Positions 1-12,863 of a DNA stretch of 64,000 nt are shown piece after piece. Within the stretch, counting starts at the first letter, position 1, and each line of letters starts with the position of its first letter. The notes under the pieces are model-generated. The model was not told the DNA's origin, searched no databases, and saw only the letters and a list, made by a program, of their open reading frames with translations. The stretch is from Mobula hypostoma (Eukaryota). The stretch covers positions 59,272,001 through 59,336,000 of the forward strand of contig NC_086115.1 in assembly GCF_963921235.1 (NCBI RefSeq). Direction: 5' to 3'. Made by a program: the position numbers and the translations under genes.

Positions 1-229
1 AGTGACGAGGGTGACTGAAGCTTTGAAACGAGTGCAGAGCATGAGCGCCAGCTGTTTGCCTTTTTGATCGGTTGTTCCGTATTGGAGAGGGAAAGACCTG
101 CTACTGCGGAGAATGTCGTTCAGGTTTTTTCTGCATTTTGGATTTGGTTTTTGGACTGTAGACTCTTTTCTCAGTCTTATAGTTTTTCCATTCTGTGTTT
201 TTTTTCACCCAATCTTCTCGTTTGTTTTT

Positions 230-550
230 GTGCAGGGAGGGGGGTTTTGGGAATCAATTTGCCTTATCCATTTTGTTCGTTTTTTTGTTTGTGAAGAGGG
301 GTTTGGGAGATCAATGTGCCTGATCCGTTTTGTTTGGGTTTTTTTGTGCAGGAGGAGGGATTTGGGGGTCAATGTGCCTGATCAGTTTTGTCTGTTTTTT
401 TTGGGCAGGAGGAATTTGGATATTGATGTGCCTGTTCTGTTTTTGTTTGTTTTTTTTGCAGGGAGGTGGGATTTGAGAGTTGATGATTGTTCTGCCTTTC
501 TTTTCTTTTTTGGCTTCATGGCTGCACAGAGAATTGAAAAATTTCAGAGT
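230..550 (+). repeat. Degenerate ~58-bp tandem repeat inside a retroposon 3' end
   Basis: About 4-5 copies of a motif like gatttggg..caatgtgcctgatc..ttttg.ttgttttttt.gcaggagga, followed by aatttcagagt, a tail also seen on other LINE ends here. Confidence 0.55.
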
Positions 551-1190
551 TAAGGTATAGTCCAATCTTCAGCCAAGAACAAATCCATCAAACAGACTAG
601 TAATACAAATTTGTTATTTGCATTAACTTGATACAAATCTTGCAGCTCAAGTTGGGAATCATTGAATATACACGTCTACAAACTGCAAGAACACCCCTCG
701 CCCCACCATCACTATCAGGCCAGATGATTGACCCTGATTCAATGTGGAATGCAGTAGGGCATGCCCAAAGCAGCACCAGACCTAACAAAAAATGAGAAGC
801 TGCAATATAGGACTGTGTAGATATCAAACAACGAAATCAGCATATCACTGTGCGGCAACGTCTACACTCATTCCTGCTCTTGGGATAAGATTTAACCAGA
901 GATTGTGATCAAGTTGCCTGGCACATGATCTTTAAGGGAGGATACTGTCAGGACAGCTATGGCAGGTTAACCCTTGACTAGTCTATGGGACATCACTTCC
1001 AATTTAGATTCCAATTTCCAGAATTATTTGAAGAAGCCTTGCACAGCTGATTGGGCCAGGAACGACTTTGCTGTGTCTGAATTCAGTGACTAGGTTGTGT
1101 TTGGTTGCCTGTCCAGTTTTATTCCTACTCTGAGCATGGTGGCAATGGTGCAACTGAGTGGCTTGTCAGACTGCTTCAGAGGACATGCTT

Positions 1191-1515
1191 AAGTGGACGT
1201 GGAGAGGATGTTTCCTGTGGTGGGAGAGTCTAAGACCAGCAGACACAGCCTCAGAATGGAGGGACGTCCTTTTAGGTTGGAGATGAGGATGAATTTCTTT
1301 AGCCAGAGAGTGGTGAACCTGAGGAATTCTTTGCCACAAGCAGCTGTGGAGGCTAAGTCTTTATGCATATTTAAGGCAGAGATTGATTGGTCAAGGCATG
1401 AAAGGATGTGGGGAGAAGGCAGGAGATTGGGGCTGAGAGGAAAATCGGATCAGCCATGATGAAATAGTAGAGCAGACATGATGGACTAAATGGCCTAATT
1501 CTGCTCCTATGGTTT
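1191..1515 (+). mobile_element. CR1-type LINE 3' fragment
   Basis: VDVERMFP...NFFSQRVVN...FKAEID ORF2 C-terminus, plus the tail ggcctaattctgctcctatg. Confidence 0.85.
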
Positions 1516-3859
1516 TTTGGACATTTATCTGTCAACCAAACAGGTTGGCTCTGCACTCATCTGTCGACCAGACTGGGGAAAGATGGCAGATTTCCTTCTC
1601 TGAACCACCTTGCTTTTTCTAAAAACGACCTGCTAGTTTTCATAGTTCAAAGTAAATTTATTATCAAGTACATGTCACTATTTACAACCCTGAGATTCAT
1701 TCACAGCATTCACAGTAAATACAAGAAACACAATAGAATCAATGAAAGATTGCACACAACAGGGTGAACAAATTACCAGTGTGCAAAAGACAATGCGCTG
1801 TACAAATACAAAAAGAAAAAGAAATAATAATAATAAATAAATAAGCAATAAATATCGGGAACATGAGATGAATGATCCTTGAAAGTGAGTCCATAGGTTG
1901 TGGAAACATTTCAGTGATGGGGTGAAAGAAGTTCAGCCCTCTGCTTCAAGAGCCTGAAGGTTGAAGGGTCATTACCGAGATTGCTTTTCCCCCCATAAAT
2001 TCCAGATTTTCGCTGAATTTAAGTTTCCCATCTACCCTGGAAGGATTTAAACTCTGGTCTCTGGATTGTTGGTTCACCTTTCGAGATCACTAGTCTAGAA
2101 ATTGAACAGCTGCTCCTCTGCCAGACCCAGATTCAGCATGTTCAACCCTTTGATATTGACTCGCTGACAGACATGTCGCAAAACCAGCTCAGAAGTGTGA
2201 GAGTTAACTTCGATGTATTCACACCTAGAGGTCTATTTTTTCTATTACTTCTCTTCCAAATCTGAACATCTTGGAAGAGACAGGCGGGAAGTAGTAACTT
2301 ATCTTTTGCTCCTGCTCAAAAGCTGTCTTTTTATGGACAAAAGGAGATGGATAGAAATGAACAGTGACTGCGTTCCTCTCCTTTCAGCTTGAAATGAATG
2401 GAGATCAGGGAGGTGCTGCATGAATTGTGAACTGACAAAAAAGATCCCTAGGAACTCTTTGAAGTATTTACTGTTTGCATGCAGCACAAACTTAGTATAA
2501 ATAAATGTGAGTGCACTCACAAAACCCGTTGAGGAATCCTTTGCTGTTCATAAAAGCTAAATCACAGTGATTCAAACAGTTAGTGAACCTCTGCTAGCAT
2601 TAACAAGTAATAATAACGTGTTCTTTGGCAACAGTTTTGTAGGTGATGACAGGAGTATATTTGATCATTTTAACTTTGCAGCAGGTGTTTTTGGAGTTTG
2701 TGTCTTAACCAGAGGTGATTCATCATTGCAATTTTATATTCAAGGAGCAGCTGTTCTCCATTTCAATTTCCAGATGTCTTCCCTCTCCAGTCGTTGGTTA
2801 TAGACTATTGTAAAGGCGGTAGCTGTATGGTTTTTTAACCTTAATTGCTTAAACTGCATATGAGTGCAATAGATCCAACATGAAGCAGAGCTTTCTAACC
2901 TGTCTCTCTGTCAGTTCAATGCTGCAGGATGTTGAAAGCCCAGCAACAGGAAACTGGTGGGAATGTGAACAACTAACCGTATGCTGAATCTAAATTAAGC
3001 AAACATTTCCTGCTAAAAATGGACTCTACTAGTGAGAAAAAGAAATAATTGCTGATTGACTGGGATTGAAATAGTCCTTCTCATCTTCTTGGGATTTTCC
3101 AAAATGTTCTGCAGCCAGTAAAATATCTTCATGACACAATTCCACACAGCCTTCAATATACCAGCACACCCTCTGGCCTTGGAGGAGAAGGATATTTGAA
3201 AATCAAGACCTCAGTCTTGGCACAAAATTCACAATCTGTCTAGATCAAATTCTCCTTGCTCTCTTATATACAGTATTTCCGTGACCTGGATGACCTACGA
3301 CAGGTATTCTGAGGCACTGAAAAAAATACTAATGCCCGTCTCTTCAAAATCTTTGCAATTCATAAGCAAATTAATGTCAGTGCCCTCTCCAAGACCAACA
3401 TCTCTGGCAATGAAGCTCTAGTTACACTGAACCGGTTATATTGGGCAGGCCACAATGTTTGCATGCCTGACATTAAATTACTGAAAAGACGCTCAACTGT
3501 AGCAGGAAGATATTTCCAGGCATTCAGAGAAAGTGATCCAAAGCTGTATGCAAAGTTTCCATGAAGAAATTAAACATCCCATGGACTCCAGCCCATGATC
3601 ATTCAAAGTGGACAACGAGAGTTTGGGGCAATACAAGGGGCAGTGCTTCCATGTGTAGGGAGCACACTGAAACCCTGTGCACTGCACTATCCGATGTAGT
3701 ATCCAAACCCTTACCTGATCAGACACATCCTGGGGATGAGTCTTCACTTACCCACAAAACTGGAGTGGAAGCAGCTCATCCATGAATCCTAGGGACAGCC
3801 TAAGAAGCAGGAAGAAAGGCAGTTTCTTCCAGATGTGCTTACTAATGGGATAGTCATGG

Positions 3860-4110
3860 AATCATAGAGTCCTAGACACTACAATACAGAAACAGACCCT
3901 TCAGCCCATCTAGTCCATGCCAAACCATTAATCTGCCCAGTCCCATCAACCTGCACCTGAACCATACCCCTCCTATCCATGTACCTATCCAAATTTCGCC
4001 TAAACATTGAAGTCAAACCTGCATCCATCACTTCCACTGGCTGCTCATTCCACACTCTCACCACCCTCTGATTTGAAGTTCCCCCACATGTTTCCTTAAA
4101 CATCTCACCT
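3860..4110 (-). mobile_element. CR1-type LINE 3' fragment
   Basis: QRVVRVWNE.P.EV...F.R.LDRYMD on the minus strand. Confidence 0.75.
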
Positions 4111-4159
4111 TTAATTTAACCTTTTCTATACCACATGATTCACGGAATTGTTATCATCA

Positions 4160-4512
4160 GCATTATCATTATGTGCCATATCATATGATGTGGTTGATCC
4201 TGGTCTTTCTATGACAATGATTGTTCTTGGCAAATTTTTCTATCTAAGTGGTTTGCCATTGCCTTCTTCTGGGCAATGTCTTTAGACGGGTGACCACGGA
4301 CATTATCAATACCCTTCAGAGACTGTCTGCCTGGCATCAGTGGTTACATAACCAGGACTTTTGATATGCACCAGCTACTCATACGACCATCCACCACATG
4401 CTCCCTGAAGGGGGTGGGGGTTAAGCAGGTGCTACACCTTGCTCAAGTGTGACCTGCATGCTAGGGGAGGGGAGGAGTGCCTTACTCCTCCTTTGGTAGA
4501 AATCTTTCTCCA
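4160..4512 (-). mobile_element. SINE-like repeat with an RTE/BovB-type 3' end (copy 1 of 5)
   Basis: Shares gaagaaggcaatggcaaaccact...gccaagaacaatcat with the other four copies. Confidence 0.8.
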
Positions 4513-4690
4513 TCCCTCCACCCACTTGCTTAATAAACAAAAAATCTAACGTTCAGCTTCCTCTTGACACAGAATTAAAGAAAATTAATGTTTATCAGCT
4601 GTGTATTACAGAGTGCAATCATAGCAGTGGTGCCATAAAACATGTTGATGCATAACATATAAGTGCTTACTTTAATGGGGATTCTGCTTT

Positions 4691-6816
4691 CATAGTCATA
4701 GTCATAGTCATACTTTATTGATCCCGGGGGAAATTGGTTTTCGTTACAGTTGCACCATAAATAATAAATAGTAATAGAACCATAAATAGTTAAATAGTAA
4801 AAAGTAAATTATGCCAGGAAATAAGTCCAGGACCAGCCTATTGGCTCAGGGTGTCTGACCCTCCAAGGGAGGAGTTGTAAAGTTTGATGGCCACAGGCCG
4901 GAATGACTTCCTATGACGCTCTGTGTTGCATCTCGGTGGAATGAGTCTCTGGCTGAATGTACTCCTGTGCCCACCCAGTACATTATGTAGTGGATGGGAG
5001 ACATTGTCCAAGATGGCATGCAACTTAGACAGCATCCTCTTTTCAGACACCACCGTCAGAGAGTCCAGTTCCATCCCCACAACATCACTGGGCTTATGAA
5101 TGAGTTTGTTGATTCTGTTGGTGTCTGCTACCCTCAGCCTGCTGCCCCAGCACACAACAGCAAACATGATAGCACTGGCCAGCACAGACTCGTAGAACAT
5201 CCTCAGCATCGTCCGGCAGATGTTAAAGGACCCCAGTCTCCTCAGGAAATAGAGACGGCTCTGACCCTTCTTGTAGACAGCCTCAGTGTTCTTTGACCAG
5301 TCCAGTTTATTGTCAATTCATATCCCCAGGTATTTGTAATCCTCCACCATGTCCACCCTGACCCCCTGGATGGAAACAGGGGTCGCCGGTACCTTAGCTC
5401 TCCTCAGGTCTACCACCAGCTCCTTGGTCTTTTTCACATTAAGCTGCAGATAATTCTGCTCACACCATGTGACAAAGTTTCCTACCATAGCCCTGTACTC
5501 AGCCTCATCTCCCTTGCTGATGCATCCAACTATGGCAGAGTCATCAGAAAACTTCTGAAGATGACAAGACTCTGTGCAGTAGTTGAAGTCCGAGGTGTAA
5601 ATGGTGAAGAGAAAGGGAGACAAGACAGTCCCCTGTGGAGCCTCAGTGCTGCTGATCACTCTGTCAGACACACAGTGTTGCAAGCACACGTACTGTGGTC
5701 TGCCAGTCAGGTAATCAAGAATCCATGACACCAGGAAAGCATCCACCTGCATCGCTGTCAGCTTCTCCCCCAGCAGAGCAGGGCGGATGGTGTTGAACGC
5801 ACTGGAGAAGTCAAAAAACATGACCCTCACAGTGCTCACTGGCTTGTCCAGGTGGGCGTAGACACGGTTCAGCAGGGAGACGATGGCATCCTCAACTCCT
5901 AGGCGGGGCTGGTAGGCGAACTGGAGGGGATCTAAGTGTGGCCTGACTATAGGCCGGAGCAGCTCCAGAACAAGTCTGTTCAGGGTCTCCATGATGTGGG
6001 AGGTCAATGCCACCAGTCTGTAGTCATTGAGGCCGCTGGGGCGCGGCATCTTCAGCACAGGGACAAGGCAGGACGTCTTCCACAGCACAGGAACCCTCCG
6101 GAGCCTCAGGCTCAGGTTGAATACATGGCGAAGTACTCCACATAGCTGAGGGGCACAGGCTTTGAGCACCCTGGTGCTGACACCATCCGGTCCTGCAGCC
6201 TTGCTTGGGTTGAGACGTTTCAGCTGTCTTCTTGCCTGTTCAGCTGTGAAGCCCACCCTGGTAGTTTCGTGTGGGAAAGGGGTATAGTCATGAGAGCAGG
6301 GTGGGGGACTGTGAGGAGAGGTAGGAGGGGAGAGTGGAATATGTGTTGGTTGGGGCCGACAACAGATGGCTCATGTGGGGGATGGGTAGGGCCCACAATG
6401 TCAAATCTGTTAAAGAACAGGTTAAGTTCATTGGTCCTGTCCACACTGCATTTAGCTCCTCTGTTGCTAGTTTGCCGGAACCCAGTGATGGTCCTCATCC
6501 CCCTCCAGACCTCTCTCATGTTGTTCTGCTGGAGTTTCCACTCAAGCTTCCTCCTGTACCTGTCTTTAGCCTCCCTGATCCTGGCTTTCAGGTCCCTCTG
6601 TATTGCCCTCAGCTCGCCCCTATTTCCATCTCTAAACGCCCTCTTTTTAGCATTCAGGATGTCCTTAGTGTCCTTTGTCACCCATGGCTTATTATTTGAA
6701 TAACAAAGGACAGTTCTTGTCGGCACATTGCAGTCCACACAGAAGTTGATGTAATCAGTGATGCATTCTGTGAGCCCATCAATATCCTCTCCATGTGGCT
6801 CACAGAGTGCCTGCCA
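4691..6816 (-). mobile_element. Rex1/Babar-type LINE, 5'-truncated and relatively young; RT domain with one frameshift and one stop
   Basis: ORFs 6220..6738, 5318..6256 ([46 protein letters not shown]) and 4838..5209; (TATGAC)n tail at 4691-4712. Confidence 0.92.
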
Positions 6817-7734
6817 TATTGGTTAGAAAAGAATGAAAGTCTTGGTGGTATTTTCCCAACACTGCTGATGTTCTTGAGACCAGAACAAAGAGCAGAAACA
6901 CTACGTTCTAACGTAGGCTTATTTTTAAAGTGTAATTGGCAGGGATGAATACACAAGAGAAAGTTGAAGTTAAAAAAATTCGAAGTAAATTTATTATCAA
7001 AGTGTATACATGTCACCATATATAACCCTGAGACTTTTGTTGCGGACGTACTCCATAAGTCCAAGAGTCATAATATTATCAATGAAAGACCGCACCCAAC
7101 AGGATGGACAAACAAGCAATATGCAAAAGACAGCAAATTGTGCAAATACAAAAAGAAAGAAATAATAATAATAAATAAGCAATAAATATTGAGAACATGA
7201 GATGAAAAGTCCTTGAAAGTGAGTTTATAGGTTGTGAAAACAATTCGGTTGGAGGAGATCAAGAATTATCTACCAATGGATATCTGTAGCTGAGTGCAGA
7301 GCATCATAGCATATTGAAGCATTACCTACTTACAGGAAATCCACAAATTTAGGAATTTAGGAAATTCAGGAAATTAGAAAGTTTCTAAACTTAGGAAGGG
7401 GAGATCACCACCAGTCCTCATGGAGGGATCAGCAGTGGAAAGAGTGAGCAGTTTCAACTTCCTGGGTGTCAACATCTCTGAAGACCTATCGTGGGTCCAG
7501 CATATTGATACAATTACAAAGAAGATACAAGATTGGCTATATTTCATTAGGTGTTTGAAGAGACTTGGTATGTCACCAAAGACTCTTGTAAATTTCTACA
7601 GATATACCCAGGAGAGCATTCTAACTATTTTGATGTTTGGAACTAGTATGATATGAAGAGGCCACTTTACAGGATTGGAAAAAGCTGCAAGAAGTTGTAA
7701 CCTCAACCAGCTCCAAAATGGGTACCAGCCATGG

Positions 7735-9085
7735 GAAATGTATGATAATGCATTTTGGTAAAAGGAACAATAGTGCAGACTATTATCTAAGTGGGGAGAA
7801 GTTCATACATCAGAGGTGCAGAGAGCCTTAGAAGTCCTTGTGCAAGACTCCCAGAAGGTTAATTTACAGGTTGAGTCTGTGGTAAAGAAGGCAAATGTAA
7901 TATTGGCATTTATTTCAAGGGGAATAGAATATAAAAGCAAGGAGATAATGCTGAGCCTTTATAAGACACTAGTCAGGCCGCACTTGGAGTATTGTCAAGT
8001 TTTCAAAGTTTCAGAGGTTTCAAAGGTACATTGTATGTCAGAGGAATGTATACAATATACATCCTGAAATAGTTTTTCTTCGCAACCATCCACGAAAACT
8101 GAGGAGTGCCCCAAAGAATGATTGACAGTTAAATATTAGAACCCCAAGGTCCCCCCAACTCCCCCTCCCACGCACAAGCAGCAGCAAAGCAATGACCCCC
8201 CCCAACCCCACCAGCAAAAAAAAAGCATCGGTGCCCCCTACTGAGCTCTCAAGCGTGCAGCAACCATCAATAAAGACACAGACTTGAAGTACCCCAAAGA
8301 CTATTCATTCATCCAGTAATTCAACATACCACAGGCTCTCTCTCTCCCCCTAATAAGGGAGAAAGAGGTGTCTCCGTTTCACAGCGAGGGGGAGACATAA
8401 CAAACAATTTGCTGATTTACAATGTTAAGAGTCCGTTGCGTCGTTTTTTCCGAGCTCTGTGCCCAAAGAACTTTGGGCCCCATATCTCAGAAAGAATGTG
8501 TTGTCATTGGAGAGAGTCCAGAGGAAATACATGAGGATGATTCCGGGAATGAAGGGGTTAACATATGAGGAGCGTTTGTCAGCTTTGGGCCTGTACTCAC
8601 TCGAATTTAGAAGAATGTGTGAGGATGTTATTGAAACCTACTGAATGTTGAAAGGCAAACAACAAACAACAAACAACAAGGGTCTCGGCCTGAAACGTCG
8701 ACTGCACCTCTTCCTAGAGATGCTGCCTGGCCTGCTGCGTTCACCAGCAGCTTTTATGTGTGTTGCTTGAACGTTGAAAGGACTAGATAGGGTGGATGTG
8801 GAGAGGATGTTTCCCAAGGTGTCCAGAACAAGAGGGCCCAACCTCAGAATTGAGGGGTGACCTTTTAGAACAAGGGTAAGGAGGAATTTTTTAAACCAGA
8901 GAATAGTGAATCTGTGGAATGCTCTACCACAGACTGCAGTGGAGGCCAAATCCACTGGTATATTTAAAGCAGAAGTTGGTGGTTTCCTGATTGGTCAGGA
9001 CATGAAAAGATATGGTGAGAGCAGATTTGAAGGGTTGAATGGCCTAATTCTGTTCCTATGTCCTATGGTCCTATGGTCTTATGGT
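7735..9085 (+). mobile_element. CR1 ORF2 3' fragment, interrupted by a ~470-bp insertion (7997-8470) and a Penelope fragment (8656-8767)
   Basis: KKANVILAFISRG...LVRPHLEYC resumes at WAPYLRK...LGLYSLEFRR. Confidence 0.85.
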
Positions 9086-9744
9086 CTAGCCTCCCCAGCA
9101 TCAAGGACACTTACAAAAAGCCATGCCTCAAACAGGAGGCATCCATCATTAAGGACCCTCAACATCCAGATCATCCCTCTTCTCATTGCTGCCATCAAGG
9201 AAGAGGCACAGAAGCCAAAAGACAAACTCTCAATGTTTCAGGAACAACTTCTTTCTCTCCCTCCATCAGATGTCTGAATGTACAATGAATCCATGAACAC
9301 CATCTCACTAATTTTTCTCCTTTTTTTTGCTCTCTTTTTGCACTACTTAATCTAAAAATATATATTTTACAGCAACTTAAAGTTTTTTATTATTATGTAT
9401 TGCAATGTACTGCAGCCACAAAATAACAAATTTCACAACATATGCCTCTGATATTGATTCTGAATCTGAATTCTTTGCTATATCTACATATTTACTTAAA
9501 TAAAAACAGCAAGTGCTACAGGAACTCGGCAGGTGAGGCATATCAGATCGGCATTGCCCGCAGGTTTTTGTTTTTATTTTCACGTTTACATTTTGGTGTT
9601 GTGGATCCATACCTGCACTGAATTCCTACTTCTGCATGTTGTGGTGAAACCCCTATTCAACTGTGTCGGTGTGTTTCACAGCAGAGCTTACAAAAAGCTG
9701 TTATGCCTGGAATTTTCCTTGGTCTAAGATAACATGTGATTCTA

Positions 9745-9943
9745 GAATAACACACAAAACGCTGGAGGAACTCAGCAGGTCAGTCAGCATGTATCGAAAC
9801 AGTTGTCATCCTGATGAAGGGTCTCACCCCGAAAAATCAACTCTTTATTCATTTCCATTGATGCCGTCTGACCTGCTGAGTTCCTCCAGCATTTTGTGTG
9901 TGTTGCTCTGGATTTCCAGCATCTGCAGAATCTCTTGTGTTTG
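9745..9943. mobile_element. Penelope-like terminal-repeat fold-back insertion with a degenerate hammerhead core
   Basis: Inverted arms ~9749-9790 and ~9861-9905; CTGATGA...GAAA at 9811-9834; 13-bp duplication acatRtgattcta (9732-9744 / 9944-9956). Confidence 0.75.
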
Positions 9944-10411
9944 ACATATGATTCTAAGAGTGAAGTTATGTAAAAATCTTGAACTGAGGAAAAATAGAAA
10001 GAAGGATATCTATTTGTAAATCACTTTCCCTAATGTCAACAACTTAGATTGTGTTTAACAGTTATGTCATTTTAATGTAGATTTTTTTCTGTGACAAGAA
10101 AGTGGTAAATGCCTTGCTGAAGATTAGATTGAGTGAAAATAGTAATGGATGGACTCCATGTAACCCTTCAAAATGCAATTTACCACGTCATCAAACTCCT
10201 GATTAAACTGCTTTTTTATTGCTTAAACTAAAATATTAAATCATGTATCTGCATTTTGATTGCATTTTTTAACATTTTAAATGCAGAGGCCACTTGTACA
10301 TGTATAATTTTGTTGTTTTGTGTATCATTAAAATAATTTAATATTTGTCTAATGACATGTATCCTCGTTTCACAGAATTTTAACCCAAAATTGTGTTTTT
10401 TTATATTTCAG

Positions 10412-10486
10412 TCTTGCCATACTTCTGTTTGCAAAAACTTGACACTGATCATGAAACAATTGTGAAGATCTCCACTGCTGGACAAT
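10412..10486 (+). CDS. VWA2: VWA2/AMACO coding exon (end of signal peptide / mature N-terminus, (V)LPYFCLQKLDTDHETIVKISTAGQ)
   Basis: Acceptor tttcag, donor gtaggt; 75 nt, phase 1-1; resembles VWA2 LQEVHVSKETIGKISAA. Confidence 0.9.
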
Positions 10487-10704
10487 GTAGGTGACCTTTG
10501 GTCTTTGAATCATTTTTCAGTCAATCTAAGTGTAGAAAGGTTTCAAGGTAACAAATAGAATTCCACGTACGTACTGTATAATTACAAAGGACAGGTAGAA
10601 ACTCTGTTATAAATTCTTCGGCTTTTTGAAGACTGTCTAAATACAAGCTGTCTTTAAGTTAAACATTAGGTTGCATTAAAGTCATAAATCTTATTCTGCA
10701 TTTG

Positions 10705-11240
10705 AAATGAGAGGGTTGGCGATGCTTTTTTTGTTGGTGGGTGAGGGGGGATCGTTGCTTTACTGCCACTTATGCGTGGGGGGGGAGCCAGTGGGGGGCT
10801 CTGAGGTTCTAACATTTAACTGTCATTCATTCTTTGGGGCATTCCTCTGCTTTTGTGGACGGTTGCAAAGAAAAAGAATTTCAGGATGTATGTTTGTATA
10901 TTGTATACATTTCTCTGACATTAAATGTACCTTTGAAACCTTGAACTTAACTGAACTTCACTTGCCCCAACTGACGGACTTATGGACTCTCTTTCAAGAA
11001 CTCTTCATCACATGTTCTTGATATTCATTGCTTGCTTATCTATCTATCTGTTTATGTATGTATTTATTTATTTATTTTTGTATTTGCACAGTTTGTTATC
11101 TTTTCCACACTGGTTGAATGCCAAATTGATTCTATTGTGGTTATTGGGTTTAATGTGCATGCCTGCAAGAAAATGAATCTCAGGGTTGTACTTGGTGCCA
11201 TATATATACTTTGATAATAAATTTAGTTTGAACTTTGAAC
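10705..11240 (+). mobile_element. Two adjacent LINE 3'-tail fragments immediately upstream of a VWA2 acceptor
   Basis: Tails aagaatttcagg...ctttgaaacc and aatctcagggttgta...aataaatttagtttgaactttgaac; the second family recurs in reverse at ~1645, ~6980, ~20525 and ~25280. Confidence 0.7.
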
Positions 11241-11254
11241 TTCTTCTTTGGCAG

Positions 11255-11388
11255 TGATGCAGTGTTCTGCAGCTATCGATTTGCTGTTCCTGCTGGATGG
11301 GTCATACAGTATTGGCAAGGGAAGCTTTGAGAGATCCAAGCATGTAGCATTCAAACTTTGTGATGCTCTTGATATCAACCCAGGCAGG
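11255..11388 (+). CDS. VWA2: VWA2 exon, start of VWA domain 1 (LMQCSAAIDLLFLLDGSYSIGKGSFERSKH...DINPGR)
   Basis: Acceptor ggcag, donor gtaagt; 134 nt; intact MIDAS DxSxS; strong match to the VWA2 N-terminus. Confidence 0.97.
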
Positions 11389-12690
11389 GTAAGTTCAGAG
11401 TTCTTTTTTAATTATTTAGCACCAATCACGCCAAAAGATCCTTGCAAATGTCACAGATTCGTATGAAGCCCTGTGGTAATCCTGGCTTGGATAGCTGGTA
11501 ATCATATTTGTCCGTTATCACTTGCTCTAGATTTCATTACAGGAGTCTCATTAATACATTCAATCTTTGTCAATTTAGTAAAGTTTTCAGAATATGGGCT
11601 TCAATAGTTATGTAAAATAATATCAAATTTAATTGCATGGTAACTGATATGTGCATATATAGATTTTTAAAAATTAAAGTAACATAATTGAGAAATATAA
11701 ATCTTTATACTTGGATTATACAAACATTTTTTGAGATATATTTTGGAAAGTAATAAAGTACTCTATATATTTTAAACTTTATACAAGATATACTATAAAA
11801 GATAAAGAGATTAAAAATCTATTAATTTGCAGCTTCAGCAATGAACAATGAAAACTGATGAATAGTAGAAATTAATTCATGCATGGTATTACAGTAACTG
11901 TCAGAATATAACATTCCCTCTCAAACTTAAAAACACTATCCTTCACATCCTTTTCTAAACATTCCTGACTTAAAGATATCCCAAAGTGTTTCACCAATGA
12001 AATACCTTCGAAGTATAATATAGGCAAAAAAGAAGCAAATCTGTGTGGAATAAGCTTCTACAAATAACTAAGTCAAGTTTTTTTTGTTTCATTACCTCAC
12101 ACCACAACACGTTGTTACTGTGGAGTTTTCTTCGAGTTTGCTGTACTGGTACCTGAATGAGAGGGTTGGAGTTAAATGGTGCTCCTGAGTGCCTTGTTGT
12201 GTGCATCAGACTCTTCAAGATGGATTGACAGCCAAGTGTTAGATTGGCTTGAGCCAAAGTGAGGATGATGGGAGAGGAAGCGAGAAGAGATTCAGTTGAA
12301 ATTTAGAGGAAGGGTAGAGATTTCCTGCATGTTGTGGAGGCAATTTTCCAAAAATGAGCAGAAATTAATGTTGCCTTTCCCTCATATCACCTGATTACCT
12401 ACTCCCATCTCGCCCCTTCCTGTGACCTACATATTATTATAGAGGTGGAAATAGACAGTCTTATTAGTTGCAACAAACACAATTCATTTTCAATGGTCAT
12501 GTTTCCAAAATACATAACATTCTCCCATTTCAATAAGTGCTTGTCACAAATTATTATTCATGCAGAGATTCATGACTATAGTGACAGTTTTGATCATTAA
12601 ACCGTACATCTGCCATGCCCTTTAGAACACAATATGTATGGGAGAATATGGGCCAATAGAAAGGGTAATCCCCGAATTTTCTCCACACAG

Positions 12691-12800
12691 GTCACAGTTG
12701 CAGCGATCCAGTACAGTTCAAGGCCTAAAGTTGAATTTTATCTGAATTCCTACTTAACGAAAGAAGAAGTAAAAGAACAATTTAAGAAAATTGTATTTCG
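12691..12800 (+). CDS. VWA2: VWA2 exon, VWA1 (VTVAAIQYSSRPKVEF...KKIVFR)
   Basis: Acceptor cacag, donor gtatgt; 110 nt, phase 0-2. Confidence 0.96.
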
Positions 12801-12863
12801 GTATGTTACTGTTTTTTAATGTGTAGTATCTTTAATGATTGCAAAAATGAGTATTAGAGTCTA

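Noticed and set aside
64-565. Hydrophobic or Lys-rich ORFs at the start of the window
   Set aside because: They are translations of a T-rich degenerate tandem repeat with no recognisable domain
5318-6256. 312-aa reverse transcriptase ORF as a host gene or a novel RT system
   Set aside because: It is part of an ordinary 5'-truncated Rex1/Babar LINE with a frameshift, a stop and a microsatellite tail
9712-9745. ATG CCT GGA ATT TTC CTT G as the VWA2 first coding exon
   Set aside because: The donor gtctaa is implausible and the signal peptide would be too short
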